A stretch of 35,112 bases of DNA from Octopus bimaculoides (GCF_001194135.2 NC_068988.1:20886735-20921846); one strand, 5' to 3'. Positions 22,056 through 33,320 are shown, counted from the stretch's first letter. The notes: generated by a model from the letters alone, not told the origin. Numbers and translations: made by a program.

Positions 22056-22945
22056 GGGCTTCCTGTTTTCACCTATCAAATCCTCTCATAAGGCTTTGGT
22101 TAAGATACTTGCCAAAGGTGCTACATAGTAGGACTAAACCCAAGACCACATAATTAGAAAGTAGGCTTTTTTAAGCATACAGCCATGTTTGTATCTATTA
22201 AACCGTATTGGAAAAAAGCACCACCAATTAAATTGAAGGTAAAGATTGCAGTAAAAATTATACCAGTTCCAATGCTTTCAGTAATAAAATACCAACAAAA
22301 AACATGACTTCACTAAGTGGTGTGGTGCCACACTGGATGAGAATCAACATGGAGTCAAGAGATTTGTTGATTCACTAAAAATGACAAAACTTACTCTGAA
22401 ATATTTGTAAGAGAAAATAATGTTTGATGACAGTCCCAAACTAAATGTGTAACAATCTGGTTATGTTTTCATATCACCTATGTAAATATACACAACCAGC
22501 CCATAAAAAGAATGTAAATTTCATTAGATGCTTTACAGAGCTTTTAAAATCAAGTGGGTTTATTTTAATTTTTTCCTTCTTGAACTTCAACATGAAATCA
22601 GAGTGGAGTTCAGTTGAACGAGTCAAGTACGAGAATAAAACACAATGGTAACAGCAAAATCTGAACTGACAATTCTGGGAATTGAGGGACTGGAATTTTA
22701 ACCGTTATAGTCATATACAGAAAACAAAAATACACAGTGCTTGAGACAAGAACAAAAAAAAAACAGTTTAGTTTATTACATAAATTTTAGCACAAATAAA
22801 AGGAAAGGCCAAACACAGATCACAGATTCAACCAGTATATTACTGGTACTAAATTATAGACTCCTTACCAGACAAAGTGGAAGACAAAGTTGAGCAACCT
22901 CAAAGAAATTTGAACAAAGAATGTGCATCAAATTATGTTCTGCAA

Positions 22946-22990
<45 letters not shown>

Positions 22991-23094
22991 GGTTGCATCA
23001 TTTATATCAGTTTTCATAATTATTTTGATACACTTGTAAGTCAATACCTGCAGGAACATGTTGAGCAAATAAGTCTATGTCTGGAGGGGAAAAT

Positions 23095-23493
23095 GTGGAG
23101 GCGCAATGGCCCAGTGGTTAGGGNNNNNNNNNNNNNNNNNNNNNNNNNNNNNNNNNNNNNNNNNNNNNNNNNNNNNNNNNNNNNNNNNNNNNNNNNNNAC
23201 CTAAAAGCTCCACGAGGCTCTGGCAGGGGATGGTGGCAAACCCTGCTGTACTCTTCCACCACAACTTTTTCTCACTCTAACTTCCTGTTTCTGTTGTGCC
23301 TGTAATTCAAAGTGTCAGCCTTGTCACACTGTGTCACACTGAATATCCCCAAGAACTACGTTAAGGGTACACGTGTCTGTGGAGTGCTCAGCTACTCGCA
23401 CGTTAATTTCATGAGCAGGCTGTTCCGTTGATCGGATCAACTGGAACCCTCAATGTCGTAAGCGACGGAGTGCCAACAACAAAAAAACAACAA
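23095..23493 (+). mobile_element. SINE family A copy 5 (interrupted by gap 23124-23198)
   Basis: Head and tail present. Near-TSD ggaggggaaaatgt (23083-23096) vs ggagggaaaatgt (23494-23506). Confidence 0.93.
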
Positions 23494-24180
23494 GGAGGGA
23501 AAATGTAGGCACAGAGTGATTAGTTGAGGGCCTGAGCAAGTGCTTCATTGTGTGTTGTAATAAATATAAGATCCACACTTGGGTTTTGTGATTATAAAAA
23601 TAAGATAACAAATGTATTCATATCTGGGGTGTAGAGATTGTGAATTTCTCCTTCCTACCTTCAACATCCCCACAAATGGTTAACCAGTTATTTCAGTGCT
23701 TTGGGGTCACTTCAACCTATGAATTACCACATTAAGGCAACAAACACACATAGTCGTGGACTGTGTTGTAAACTGGTAACCCTAAGCATCTAATCAATTG
23801 CTTCAATACCCCATATTATGTTGATCAGGTCAGATAGCAACGATCCACCAACAATACAAAGATCTATGTGTGTCAGCACACACACACGCATTTCCATTAT
23901 TTTATTTTCCAATTCACTAGTTATTTCTTGCTCCTGATGTTTAAACAGTGATTACTGGAGGCAATGATCTAGCAATATGTTTCAATTAAACACACAATCT
24001 ACAACCGCCACCAGATTAACAAGACTTTCACAGCGACAAATATAGTTGCACTTCCTCCCTTCCTTAGTAGGTGACTGTTGGAGTGTAGCCACTACTAGGT
24101 TGCAATGACTACAGAAGTATGGTGGCAGTAACAGGTGTATGCTACAGAAATTTCATGATTGCACTGGGGTGATGTAGTGT

Positions 24181-24183
<3 letters not shown>

Positions 24184-24227
<44 letters not shown>
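24184..24227. repeat. (TA)n microsatellite
   Basis: Direct inspection. Similar runs at 22956-22986, 24741-24780, 25538-25581 and 34552-34582. Confidence 0.95.
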
Positions 24228-24229
<2 letters not shown>

Positions 24230-24570
24230 CACAGGCGTGGCTGTGTGGTAAGAAGCTTGCTTCCCAGCCACATGGTTCCAGATTCAGTCCCACTGCATGG
24301 CACCTTCAGCAAGTGTCTTCTACTATAGTCTTGATCTAACCAAAGAATGTCTTTACACATGCCATCTGGCACAAGTGCTAGGAAGGCGATGCTGGGCACA
24401 GGTGCCATTGACGGTTTCGGTTTCGCTTGCCCCAATCGGTCTTCGTAAGCTGAGTTTCGTTTCCAATGAAGGAGATAACGTTGGCATGGGTGCCAGTCGT
24501 CGAATTTAATTCGATTTCGATTTCACTTGCCTCAACAGGTCTTCGCAAGCGACGAGTATATCGGCCAGCA
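24225..24570 (+). mobile_element. Family B head joined to a CpG-rich two-unit tandem module
   Basis: 24225-24343 is a family-B head. Two ~90-100-bp related units follow (gaagg..tgg(g)ca..ggtgcca..tttcg.tttc.cttgcc..ggtcttcg.aagc) starting near 24381 and 24468. Confidence 0.7.
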
Positions 24571-24733
24571 GGTGCAATAGAATGTACTCACGGAGGTTTT
24601 CCCACCCCTGATCAACTGCATCAATGCTAATATAAGGCTGAAGTACTACTAATTGGAAAGTCTTAGCATATTTATTCTGAGAATAAGTAGCAACCTCCAT
24701 ACAAAAAGAATGAAAGAATACATATCACAGTAA

Positions 24734-24780
<47 letters not shown>

Positions 24781-24784
<4 letters not shown>

Positions 24785-24966
24785 ATTGGCACATAAAATC
24801 ACTCATCACTCTCTTGGAGTGGTTAGCATTAGGAAGGGCATCCAACCATAGAAACCATGCCAAATCAGACTGGAGTCTGGTGTAGCCTTCCAGCTTACCA
24901 GCCCTGGTCAAACCGTCCAACCCATGCCAGCATGGGCAACAGATATTAAATGATGATGATGATGAT
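24781..24966 (+). mobile_element. Family D copy with (GAT)n tail
   Basis: gagtggttagcattaggaagggcatccaaccatagaaacc..ccaacccatgccagcatgggcaacagatattaaatgatgatgat. Confidence 0.88.
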
Positions 24967-25535
24967 AAATAGGTTTGGTGATGCAAACAGGAAAATAAAA
25001 CTCAAAACATGAGTATATATATTTTTATTATTAATAATCAGGAGTTACGGAGTGACTCAAGGACCCCTTACTTTCATATACTAGCATTTACCAAATTCAT
25101 TTCAAATCAAAAGGGGTTTACATTTATATATCAATGATAATGGTATTTCCTTAGATTGCTCTGGAACAAAAAGCAATTATAATGCCATATGGGTAATGCA
25201 TTACCTATCTACTCTGAGTCCTGTTTAACTTCTGCCAATTATTAATAAAAAAAAACATATAATGATGTGTGTGTGTGTATGTGTGTAAGAGAGAGAGTGG
25301 GGGGGGGCTAATTTCATACAACTGGAAGTGTTCATACAGGATATAGAAGACAGTTTTCTATTTACCTTTAATTCCCTTGATCTATTTCTAAATGTAGATC
25401 AAAAAACATTTCATGTTATTATCCCCAAATTTGACTAGATGTATGATACTAAATATAAAAAAAAAATATCAAATGAAAATAAAACAAAAGGTCACAACAA
25501 GGTATTTGCTACGTTTAATAGTTCATACACACATG

Positions 25536-25582
<47 letters not shown>

Positions 25583-26424
25583 CTTCATATGCAAGAGAGA
25601 TAAGTATCCTTCCTCATCAGATAAATAAAAAAATACATACAATTCAAGTCTGCAATGAGAGAGAGATGAAAGTAGATGTTAATCTTAAAATAATGGCTAT
25701 AAATATGAGGAAGCCCTCAATAATAAGAAAGCAGAAAGCAGGGGGAGCACTTTGATCAGATGAAGACAAACATGGAAGCGGAGTATGGATGATAGCCAGA
25801 AGTCAGGATAATAGGATCTCGGAAGGTATAATAAGCCAGCAAATAAGATTTAATGGCACATATTAAAGCAAAAGAGTTTAAATGAAATTAGCACCTGTAA
25901 CTACCAATACAACTAACAAAGAGAAAGGAGCAGAGAGAGGGATAAGAGAATGAGTGAAGGGCAATAGTATTGGATGGGGGGGGGGCGGTCTACTGCAGCA
26001 AAAGTACTGTATTATTCAAGTTTTCAGATAAACAAAGCAATAAATGGGTTGACCAAGAAATCTGATTTGTGCTCCACCTTAAGTTTACAATAAACATTTA
26101 TCGAGTGTGACACTAACTAAAGCATAAACTTACAGTTATCATTACACATATAAGATTAATATAAGCTATTGGAATTACTTTCTTTGACCCATTTCTTTCT
26201 ATTCTTTGACCCATTTCTTTCTTTTCTTTAATTTTTAATACCCTATATTGTATAATTCTTTCCTTTTGTTACTTTTTACAGAGAATACATGTCATATCAT
26301 GTAGTTTTGATCTACAGTACATGGGGTATTGAATGTTGTTGCAGAAACATGCATTTAATGCTTTTACACATGTGTTTTTGTGCAAATGCACGACATTTTT
26401 TTTCTTCTTTTTTTTTTCCTGAAG

Positions 26425-26502
26425 ATGAAACAATTTTGATTGAGATTTTGTCTTTGTTATGTTCTAGAATAGACATTATGAGGATATTCTATCAACAGCA
26501 AA
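26425..26502 (+). CDS. Candidate 78-nt phase-1/phase-1 exon (DETILIEILSLLCSRIDIMRIFYQQQ)
   Basis: Acceptor cttcttttttttttcctgaag and donor caaa|GTAAGT. One frame is open. An alternative internal acceptor at 26467 gives a 35-nt exon. Confidence 0.25.
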
Positions 26503-26524
26503 GTAAGTCCCACTGGACATTACT

Positions 26525-26775
26525 GTCTTGAGTCCTAAGATTCATAGGGCTGGTCACCTGGTTTCCATGGTATATAAACGACCAAGATCACAACATTCTC
26601 TCTCAATGAGTAACCCAGTCCATTGCTGGGTTACTCATTTTCTGTTGAGTGAACTGGAGAAAGTTGAAATGATGTGTTTAACTCAAGAACACAATGCACC
26701 ACCTGACCTGAGAATTGAAATCATGATCTTGCAATCCTGAGTGCAACACCCTAATCACTTAGCCAGATACCTTCA
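26525..26775 (-). mobile_element. SINE family E copy, diverged
   Basis: gagtgaactggagaaagttgaaatgatgtgtttaactcaagaacacaatgcacc..caccctaatcacttagcc, homologous to 4250-4553. Confidence 0.7.
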
Positions 26776-27120
26776 CCAACAGCTGTATAACCAATCAAAT
26801 TTCAAATCATCAATTATAAATGAAGCTTCCCTTATAACATCAAATATCATGTATCCAGTAAAACATGGTATTTATTCAAATAGCAGTTAATAACAAACAT
26901 AACCAAACTGCCTATTTTCAATCAATATCACAGCATGTGGAGTTAAGTAACTTGCTTAAGAATTGTATTGTATACAACTAGTGCCAAGATACAAAACCAG
27001 ATCAATAGAGTTCAGAAGATGACAGCTCATCCATTCAGCCACTGTACCTATGTTTAGCTATAAACCACAGCCTTTTGCAACATATGAACTCTTGACTTGT
27101 TGATTATGCCAAATATTTAA

Positions 27121-27340
27121 CTCTTTGGCATTCCAATTACTCTGTCAAATGTAATGCCTCTTTATTCGCACTGTTTTGAATTAATCAAGTATTATCTCAT
27201 AGCTTTAAGATTTCAATGATGTGACTGCTTATTTTTAGAATGACATTGCAGGGTAGGTGTAAGAGGCTAGATCTAGTCAGTTTGAACATAACACTGGTAG
27301 AATATTTGGTACGGATATGGCCAGTTTAAATGCTAAAGGG
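27121..27340. mobile_element. piggyBac-type MITE, 220 bp
   Basis: TTAA at 27117-27120 and 27341-27344. TIRs ctctttggcatt / aatgctaaaggg match 10/12. Confidence 0.85.
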
Positions 27341-27964
27341 TTAATCAGCTGCTACAACATCAATCTTGAGAATTCAATCTGATGTTGTCTTTATGGAAAC
27401 AACATATAAAAATATTCTGACATACCCAGAGGTATTTTCCTTGAGTCCTAAAAAGATGGCAAATCATTTCAAGGGTCACATTTTAAATGTACAGCTTTGT
27501 AACTCACATATAATATGTTAGTATATTAAAAACCTACAAGCATTAATTGATAATATCTTAACTGTATCAAAGAGAGCATTACTGTGGTCAAACTTTCTCA
27601 AGTAGGCAATATTCAACATTAGTTTTTCATTTACAGAAAAGGCACATGATGAGGAGTGCTACAGCTGCAATTTTGTGCAGATTAGATAGGGACCAGAGCT
27701 CTTTTATCAGTTTGCTTCATTGCAAATAAATTCATCCTTTCCTACTTCATTGTTAAGTGGCTAGTATTTGAAGAGGAGAAGAAACATCAAAAGAATTTGC
27801 TCCAAAAGTATCAACATTTTAACATCCTTCTTTCTAAGCTGTAAACATTTCAAAATGGGAACCAGAGCACTCCACTACCCCCACCCCATGTCTTTCTTTT
27901 CCACAGAGTTACCTTTCATTGACAGCACATTACTTTTCCTTCACCCAACACTCATTATCCATTC

Positions 27965-28120
27965 AGCGTGGGTATGTGGTTAACAAGCTTGCTTCCCAAT
28001 CATATGGTCATCAGTTCAGTCCCACTGGTGTGGGATCTAGAGCAAGTGTCTTCTACTACAGCCTTAGGTTGACCAAAGCCTTTTGAGTGGATTTGGTAGA
28101 CAGAAACTGAAAGAAGCCCA
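27965..28120 (+). mobile_element. SINE family B head, diverged (host of nested insertions)
   Basis: gcgtgggtatgtggttaacaagcttgcttccc..gagcaagtgtcttctactacagcc..gaaactgaaagaagcccac. Confidence 0.85.
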
Positions 28121-28152
28121 CTGAATTGCTATTAACTGAAAGAAACTGAAAG

Positions 28153-28369
28153 GCAGTGAGTTGGCAGAAACGTTAGCACGCCGGGTGAAATGCTTAGCGG
28201 TATTTTGTTCTGAGTTCAAATTCTGCCGAGGTCAACTTTGCCTTTCATCTTTTCGGAGTCGATTAAATAAGTACCAGTTATGCACTGGAGTCAATGTAAT
28301 CGACTTAATCCTTTTGTCTGTCCTTGTTTGTCCCCTCTATGTTTAGCCCCTTGTGGGCAGTAAAGAAAT
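28153..28369 (+). mobile_element. SINE family C copy, young
   Basis: Perfect 13-bp TSD aagaaactgaaag at 28140-28152 and 28370-28382. Homologous to 19649-19882. Confidence 0.93.
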
Positions 28370-28396
28370 AAGAAACTGAAAGAAGCCCACCATATA

Positions 28397-28523
28397 CAGG
28401 GTGGCTACAAAGTCTGGGTACCTGGAATAAATAGAATCATAACATAAACAATTAAATATAAGAAATAATAATTTCTTAAAGTATGTGTTAATCTCCATGT
28501 ACCCAGACCTTGTGGACACCCTG
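28397..28523. mobile_element. 127-bp Tc1/mariner-type MITE
   Basis: TA-flanked (28395-28396 and 28524-28525). tacagggtggctacaaagtctgggtac versus the reverse complement of the right end tacagggtgtccacaaggtctgggtac: 24/27. Confidence 0.88.
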
Positions 28524-28669
28524 TACATATGTGGNNNNNNNNNNNNNNNNNNNNNNNNNNNNNNNNNNNNNNNNNNNNNNNNNNNNNNNNNNNNNNNNNN
28601 NNNNNNNNNNNNNNNNNNNNNNNNNNNNNNNNNNNNNNNNNNNNNNNNNNNNNNNNNNNNNNNNNNNNN

Positions 28670-28727
<58 letters not shown>
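28670..28727. repeat. (GT)n microsatellite after a gap
   Basis: Direct inspection. Confidence 0.95.
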
Positions 28728-28729
<2 letters not shown>

Positions 28730-29249
28730 TTGATATCACATGGTGGCTATAAATGAGCATCACCATCACATAAGCAGTGTTATTTGTTTTCTGGTCTTCC
28801 ACAAAAAAAAAACTATGTCAGGCCATGGGAAATATTACGTTGTAAGTGGGTGAAGTTTGGCAACAGAAGTGCATCCGATCATAGAAAATCTGTCAACAAA
28901 TTCCATCTGACCCACACAAGCATGAAAAGCAGACATTAAATGGTGATGATGATGATGATCATTTGTGCCCACTTATACCATTATTACCTGCTGCTACCTT
29001 TGAATACTAAACCTTTCACTCAGCTCATAAGTGCACCACTTTTTACAAAAGATAATATTACTTAAACCAACATCAAAGATCAAAGGATACTAATAAATTA
29101 ACGAAAGAGAAGGTAGTCAAGAAGGAAAAGTGTAATATGTTCATACTATTCATCTCGCTTTGGTCATGGAAAGTTTATATGATTGGTCAATAACATGTAT
29201 GTGAAAACAGTAAAAAAAATACAGGATCTAAAAACAAGGACAAGGCAGG

Positions 29250-29295
29250 AGGTGGTGGTGGTGGTGGTGGTGGTAGCAGTGGCAGCACTTGGTGA

Positions 29296-29343
<48 letters not shown>

Positions 29344-29568
29344 CAGCAGCAAAAGCAGCAGCGGTGGTGGTGTTATTATTATCATTACTATGTTGGGGCG
29401 GGGCGATGAAATAAGTACCAGTTACACACTGGGATCGGTAGAATCAACTTGCCCCTGCCCCCATAATTTAAGGCTTTGTGCCTATTGTAGAAAGGATTAT
29501 CGTTATTATCGTTAATAGTAGCAGCAGCAGCAGTGGTGGTGGTGGTGGTGGTGGTAGTAGTAGTAGTA
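29250..29568. repeat. Compound trinucleotide arrays (GGT/AGT/AGC) flanking a partial family-C fragment (~29385-29510)
   Basis: Arrays at about 29250-29372 and 29516-29568. gataaataagtaccagttacac-like segment (gatgaaataagtaccagttacacactggg) lies between them. Confidence 0.85.
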
Positions 29569-30805
29569 GGCAAATTTGAAAATGGCACTAGATCAAGCCC
29601 TCCTATTTTTCCCCCTGAGAGATTTTTATGTCTCTTAATATAGACTAAGGTGATGTTAAAGAAGAGAAATTACTGGTATTTAAGGACCTACTGTTCCCAT
29701 TGAGACCATCACAGTTGAATTCCCCTACACCACTAGCACCAAGGCAACCGTCACCGCCTCCCGCACATGGCTGTTGTAGTTTTAAAATCAGATTATAAAA
29801 TGAATAAATCTGTACAATCATTTAAATATGTCACCACATATAAATCCTTCACATTTATAATTCCCATAGAATTGACACATTTCATTTATATTCGTTTTTT
29901 CTTTTTCTTTTCCTCTTCTTCTGGTCTGTGATACATGAACAAGTCTTAAAAGTAAATCTTATTTTCTCCTAACTTGCAACATTGATGAAAATTTCCTGTT
30001 TGAACTAAATATCAAATTGCATTTCATATATATATATATANNNNNNNNNNNNNNNNNNNNNNNNNNNNNNNNNNNNNNNNNNNNNNNNNNNNNNNNNNNN
30101 NNNNNNNNNNNNNNNNNNNNNNNNNNNNNNNNNNNNNNNNNNNNNNNNNNNNNNNNNNNNNNNNNNNNNNGATCTATATAAATAAAGAGTATATATATAC
30201 ATAAAGTTTTTATTTTTATAATCCTTTCATTCTATTTAAATTCCGGCAAAACAGCTATTTGAGTTCACAGATCCAGCATATCAAATATCCTACATAATAA
30301 TTACACATCTTAAGAGAGGACAAAAGTTTTAACTTAATTTCAACCACAAATAATATACTAAGCAATACGACAGATAGGAGTTATCGTGTGGGTTACAGTG
30401 AATGCAGTCAATAGAGTACAACAACTGCAGTTATTATTATAGTTCAGCCTATCAGGAGATACAATATGGAACTGTTGGAATAGTTACCATACTCTAAATG
30501 GCAAGCTGATATTGGATATTACTTGAAAATTTCCTTCTCTCCTTCAATTCCTCCTCCTCCTCTTCCTCTTTTCTACTGCAGATTTTAAATTAACTTAGTT
30601 TTACATTTCCATATGTCTACAAATGTTGCAGAGTAAAAGAGAGAGAGAGCACTCGGCTAGCCATGTTCATGACATAGTTTTTNNNNNNNNNNAGGCTTCT
30701 GAATTCATTTCACTTCTATTTATAATTAGTCTTGGGAAATAGCATGAATGCCATTACTTCCCATAACCATGACTCTAAAAAATATCTGGCTTCCACTAGT
30801 CATTT

Positions 30806-31050
30806 CAGCCACAAGTCAACAACCTTAGATGGGATGGGCCCAGCCAGGATGACTTAGCCTTGACATTATTATTTAACAGAATCTCTTTTCTGGTGCCCCT
30901 GAGACCTGGTGGGTGGTCCAACTTCTTAGATCTACCATGAGCCCAAGGACTCATAAGGTTGGAGATTAATCCAGTTTCCATGGTGAATAAGTGACTGAGA
31001 TTACAGCACAACACCTACCCAGAATGGGATGCTGATCTGTCACAGTGGGT
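30806..31050. repeat. Interspersed repeat fragment, homologous in reverse to ~9340-9500
   Basis: gagcccaaggactcataaggttggagattaatccagtttccatggtgaataagtgactgagattacagc resembles the reverse complement of 9420-9500. Confidence 0.5.
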
Positions 31051-31174
31051 GGTCCTACATCTAATTATTTCTGTCTGTAGACCTTTCAAGATTATTATTT
31101 AATTACAAATAACAACATGCAGCATATTTCCATTTCAGTGTTACAGCCTACTTAATATAAAATATTCTTTTGTC

Positions 31175-31660
31175 TTTTACTTACTCCAGTCATTGGACTG
31201 TGGCCATGATGGGGCACCGCCTTGAAGGATTTTAGTCAAACAAATTGACCCCAGGAGTTACGTTTGTTTTTGATTTTTTTTTATACCTTGGTACTTATTC
31301 CATTGGTTGTTTTTGCCAAACCACCAAGTAATGGGGATGTTAACAAACCAACACCAATTGTCAAGCAGAGGTGAGGTGACAAACAGACACAAACACATAC
31401 ACATCCATGCATGCATAGCTTTTTTTATTAATAAAACTAAAAGAAAAAGAAAAACCATATCCCTTCCAATATGTACTGAGCACTCCCTTCTCATTTGTTT
31501 GACATTAAGATATATACATATATGATGGGTTTCTACCAAATTTACTCAGAAGGTATTAGTTAACCCAGAGGTTAGAAGACATTTGCCCAAAGTGCCACAT
31601 AGTGGGACTGAACCCAGAACCACATGGTTGCAAAGAAAGCTTCTTAAGCACACAACCATA
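31175..31660 (-). mobile_element. Older family-B-related SINE
   Basis: Diverged 3' module (cagtcattggactgtggccatgatggggcaccgccttgaagg) and head (gtgccacatagtgggactgaacccagaaccacatgg). Confidence 0.8.
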
Positions 31661-31667
31661 CTCTCTT

Positions 31668-31886
31668 TTACTCTTACTTGTTTCAGTCATTTGACTGCAG
31701 CCATGCTGGAGCACCGCCTTTAGTCGAGCAAATCGACCCCAGGACTTATTCTTTGGATGCCTAGTACTTATTCTATCGGTCTCTTTTGCTGAACCGCTAA
31801 GTTACGGGGACCTAAACACACCACCATCGGTTGTCAAGCGATGTTGGGGGACAAACACAGACACACAAACATATACACACATATAC

Positions 31887-31923
<37 letters not shown>

Positions 31924-32101
31924 NNNNNNNNNNNNNNNNNNNNNNNNNNNNNNNNNNNNNNNNNNNNNNNNNNNNNNNNNNNNNNNNNNNNNNNNNNNNN
32001 NNNNNNNNNNNNNNNNNNNNNNNNNNNNNNACCCAAGGTGCCACGCAGTGGGAATGAACCCGGAACCATGTGGTTGGTAAGCAAGCTACTTACCACACAG
32101 C
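31668..32101 (-). mobile_element. SINE family B copy, young, with the gap at its internal microsatellite
   Basis: High identity to 10684-11138. Gap at 31924-32030. Confidence 0.94.
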
Positions 32102-32617
32102 CTTTTTCATTGTTTTGCTATTTTGCCCAAGTTAGACCTGATCAAGCCTATGGGTGAAAGAAATCTTGACTATGACTATCCAATCTCTTTTTTTTTGGGG
32201 GGGGGGGACATAGTGTGTCTAAGAATACATTATTCAAGCTGTCTTTCTGTTTTTTGTAAACGTGGTAAATTGTGAGCTGAGGGAGATTTGGCTGCTATTT
32301 CTAGCAGTTTGAGCAAACCCCATAAAGACTTCATAGATTTGTTTGCCCTTGTTGACTTGGCCAATTTTTTTGTTTCTTCATCTATTTCTTCATACAATGA
32401 TGGCATTCATCTCTACCGCTTGCTTATACTGCAATAATAACCCTTCCAAATACAAGATCTTTTCACAAATATATAAATGAAAAAAAAAAATAGTAAGTAT
32501 ATCAGTTGCTAACACAGTTATATATTTGTAGGAGAGTGACATGTGATAATGTCTTAAATACATTAGTGGTATAAATAAATGAAATAATCAAGCTTCACCC
32601 TAGCTACCACCACTACC

Positions 32618-32957
32618 GGTTCCAGTTGATCCGATCAACAGAACAGCCTGCTCGTGAAATTAACGTGCAAGTGGCTGAGCACTCCACAGACACGTGTACC
32701 CTTAACGTAGTTCTCGGGGATATTCAGCATGAGACAGAGTGCGACAAGGCTGACCCTTTGAATTACAGGCACAACAGAAACAGGAAGAAAGAATGAGAGA
32801 AAGTTGTGGTGGAAGAGTACAGTAGGGTTCGCTGCCAGAACCTCGTGGAGCTTTAGGTGTTTTTGCTCAATAAACACTCACAACGCCCAGTCTGGGAATC
32901 GAAACCGCGATCCTATGACCGCGAGTCCGCTGCCCTAACCACTGGGCCATTGCGCCT
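32618..32957 (-). mobile_element. SINE family A copy 6 (reverse, tail missing, small internal deletion)
   Basis: Reverse complement of family A from ggttccagttgatccgatc to ccattgcgcctc. Confidence 0.95.
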
Positions 32958-33043
32958 CAACAATCATGTTTTACTGAATGTAAAATGATAGTGTATATGA
33001 ATGTCAAAGTACAATACAGCTGAAACAAACATCAGATCTATGA

Positions 33044-33255
33044 GGAGTCAGATGAAGCATGAAAGAGAGAAAACTACATTGTTATGGAGAAATGATTCAT
33101 ATAGGTGATGGCAGTTAGGTAAAGGAGTGCCAAGATATTCATATGGAAGGTAGCTGTGGAAAAGAGAGACTAAGGAAGATATGGATGGAAGAAGTAAAAA
33201 CTGGTCTCAGAAAAGCTGAGCCTCACAACAGAAATGACAAAGGAACGTAACCAAC
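33044..33255 (+). mobile_element. RTE-clade LINE ORF2 C-terminal fragment (decayed)
   Basis: Translation GVR*SMKERKLHCYGEMIHIGDGS*VKECQDIHMEGSCGKERLRKIWMEEVKTGLR matches the RTE C-terminal pattern RRLRWYGHV..EG.RGRGRPRKTW. Confidence 0.75.
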
Positions 33256-33320
33256 AGCAAAGCACTATGTTGGAGAAAAACTGACCGATTCATACAAGCC
33301 TGGAAAAACAAAGTAAAAAT

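Noticed and set aside
24506-24700. 64-aa minus-strand ORF with a GTGAGT donor near 24588
   Set aside because: The acceptor is weak or ambiguous, the 3' part runs into the repeat module, and there is no recognisable domain. It remains possible but unsupported.
25976-25986. G-runs (also ~7787 and ~25298) as possible G-quadruplexes
   Set aside because: These are isolated homopolymer tracts without four spaced G-tracts in a conserved context.
29164-29588. Poly-Leu/Ser/Val/Thr ORFs
   Set aside because: These are translations of trinucleotide microsatellites.
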